Positions 63,923 through 64,000 of a stretch of 64,000 nt of DNA are shown piece after piece. The notes under the pieces are model-generated. The model did no database searches, was not told the DNA's origin, and saw nothing but the letters and a program-made list of their open reading frames with translations. The stretch spans positions 5,704,001 to 5,768,000 of the forward strand of contig CP075493.1 in the NCBI GenBank assembly GCA_021613535.1, read 5' to 3'. The stretch comes from Adineta vaga. Taxonomy: Eukaryota > Animalia > Rotifera. The translations under genes and the position numbers were made by a program. Every line of letters starts with the position of its first letter. The stretch's first letter is position 1.

Positions 63923-64000
63923 GTAAGTTATTTGATGATTTTTTTCCCTTCTTTATACCTATTCGAAAAAGAGACAGAAAGAGATTACGAAGCTGTCATA

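Overview
AT-rich eukaryotic (metazoan) genomic DNA with many ~50-60 nt GT-AG introns. Intron size, composition and gene families suggest a bdelloid rotifer; this is inference, not shown directly. About 24 protein-coding genes can be assembled by hand: PPP1R11/Ypi1, RPS17, alkaline ceramidase, a Rab1-like GTPase, TAF10, TMEM205-like, CTP synthase (with a nested antisense small membrane-protein ORF), two tandem PLAC8/cornifelin genes, a Sidestep/nephrin-like IgSF receptor, two convergent EF-hand/Gly-Ser/Pro-rich paralogues, OST4, an FN3-like surface protein, Homer, DHRS7B, malic enzyme, an NPY/NPF neuropeptide precursor, COX5A, two tandem Maelstrom paralogues, a peptide GPCR, a CCDC190-like gene, a divergent Shaker-type channel and ROCK. 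There is also a decayed non-LTR RT fragment and an intron-bearing, microbial-looking beta-hydroxyacid dehydrogenase pseudogene. Most notable: (1) an NPF precursor whose C-terminal peptide is an EF-hand; (2) a Kv1-like channel with selectivity filter TSLGEG instead of TTVGYG and missing outer S4 charges; (3) four tightly packed same-strand gene clusters with apparently unpaired AG|AT acceptors just before the ATG, suggesting SL-trans-spliced operons; (4) duplicated Maelstrom; (5) the EF-hand-capped Pro-rich gene pair. Exon boundaries were read by eye and no database searches were run.
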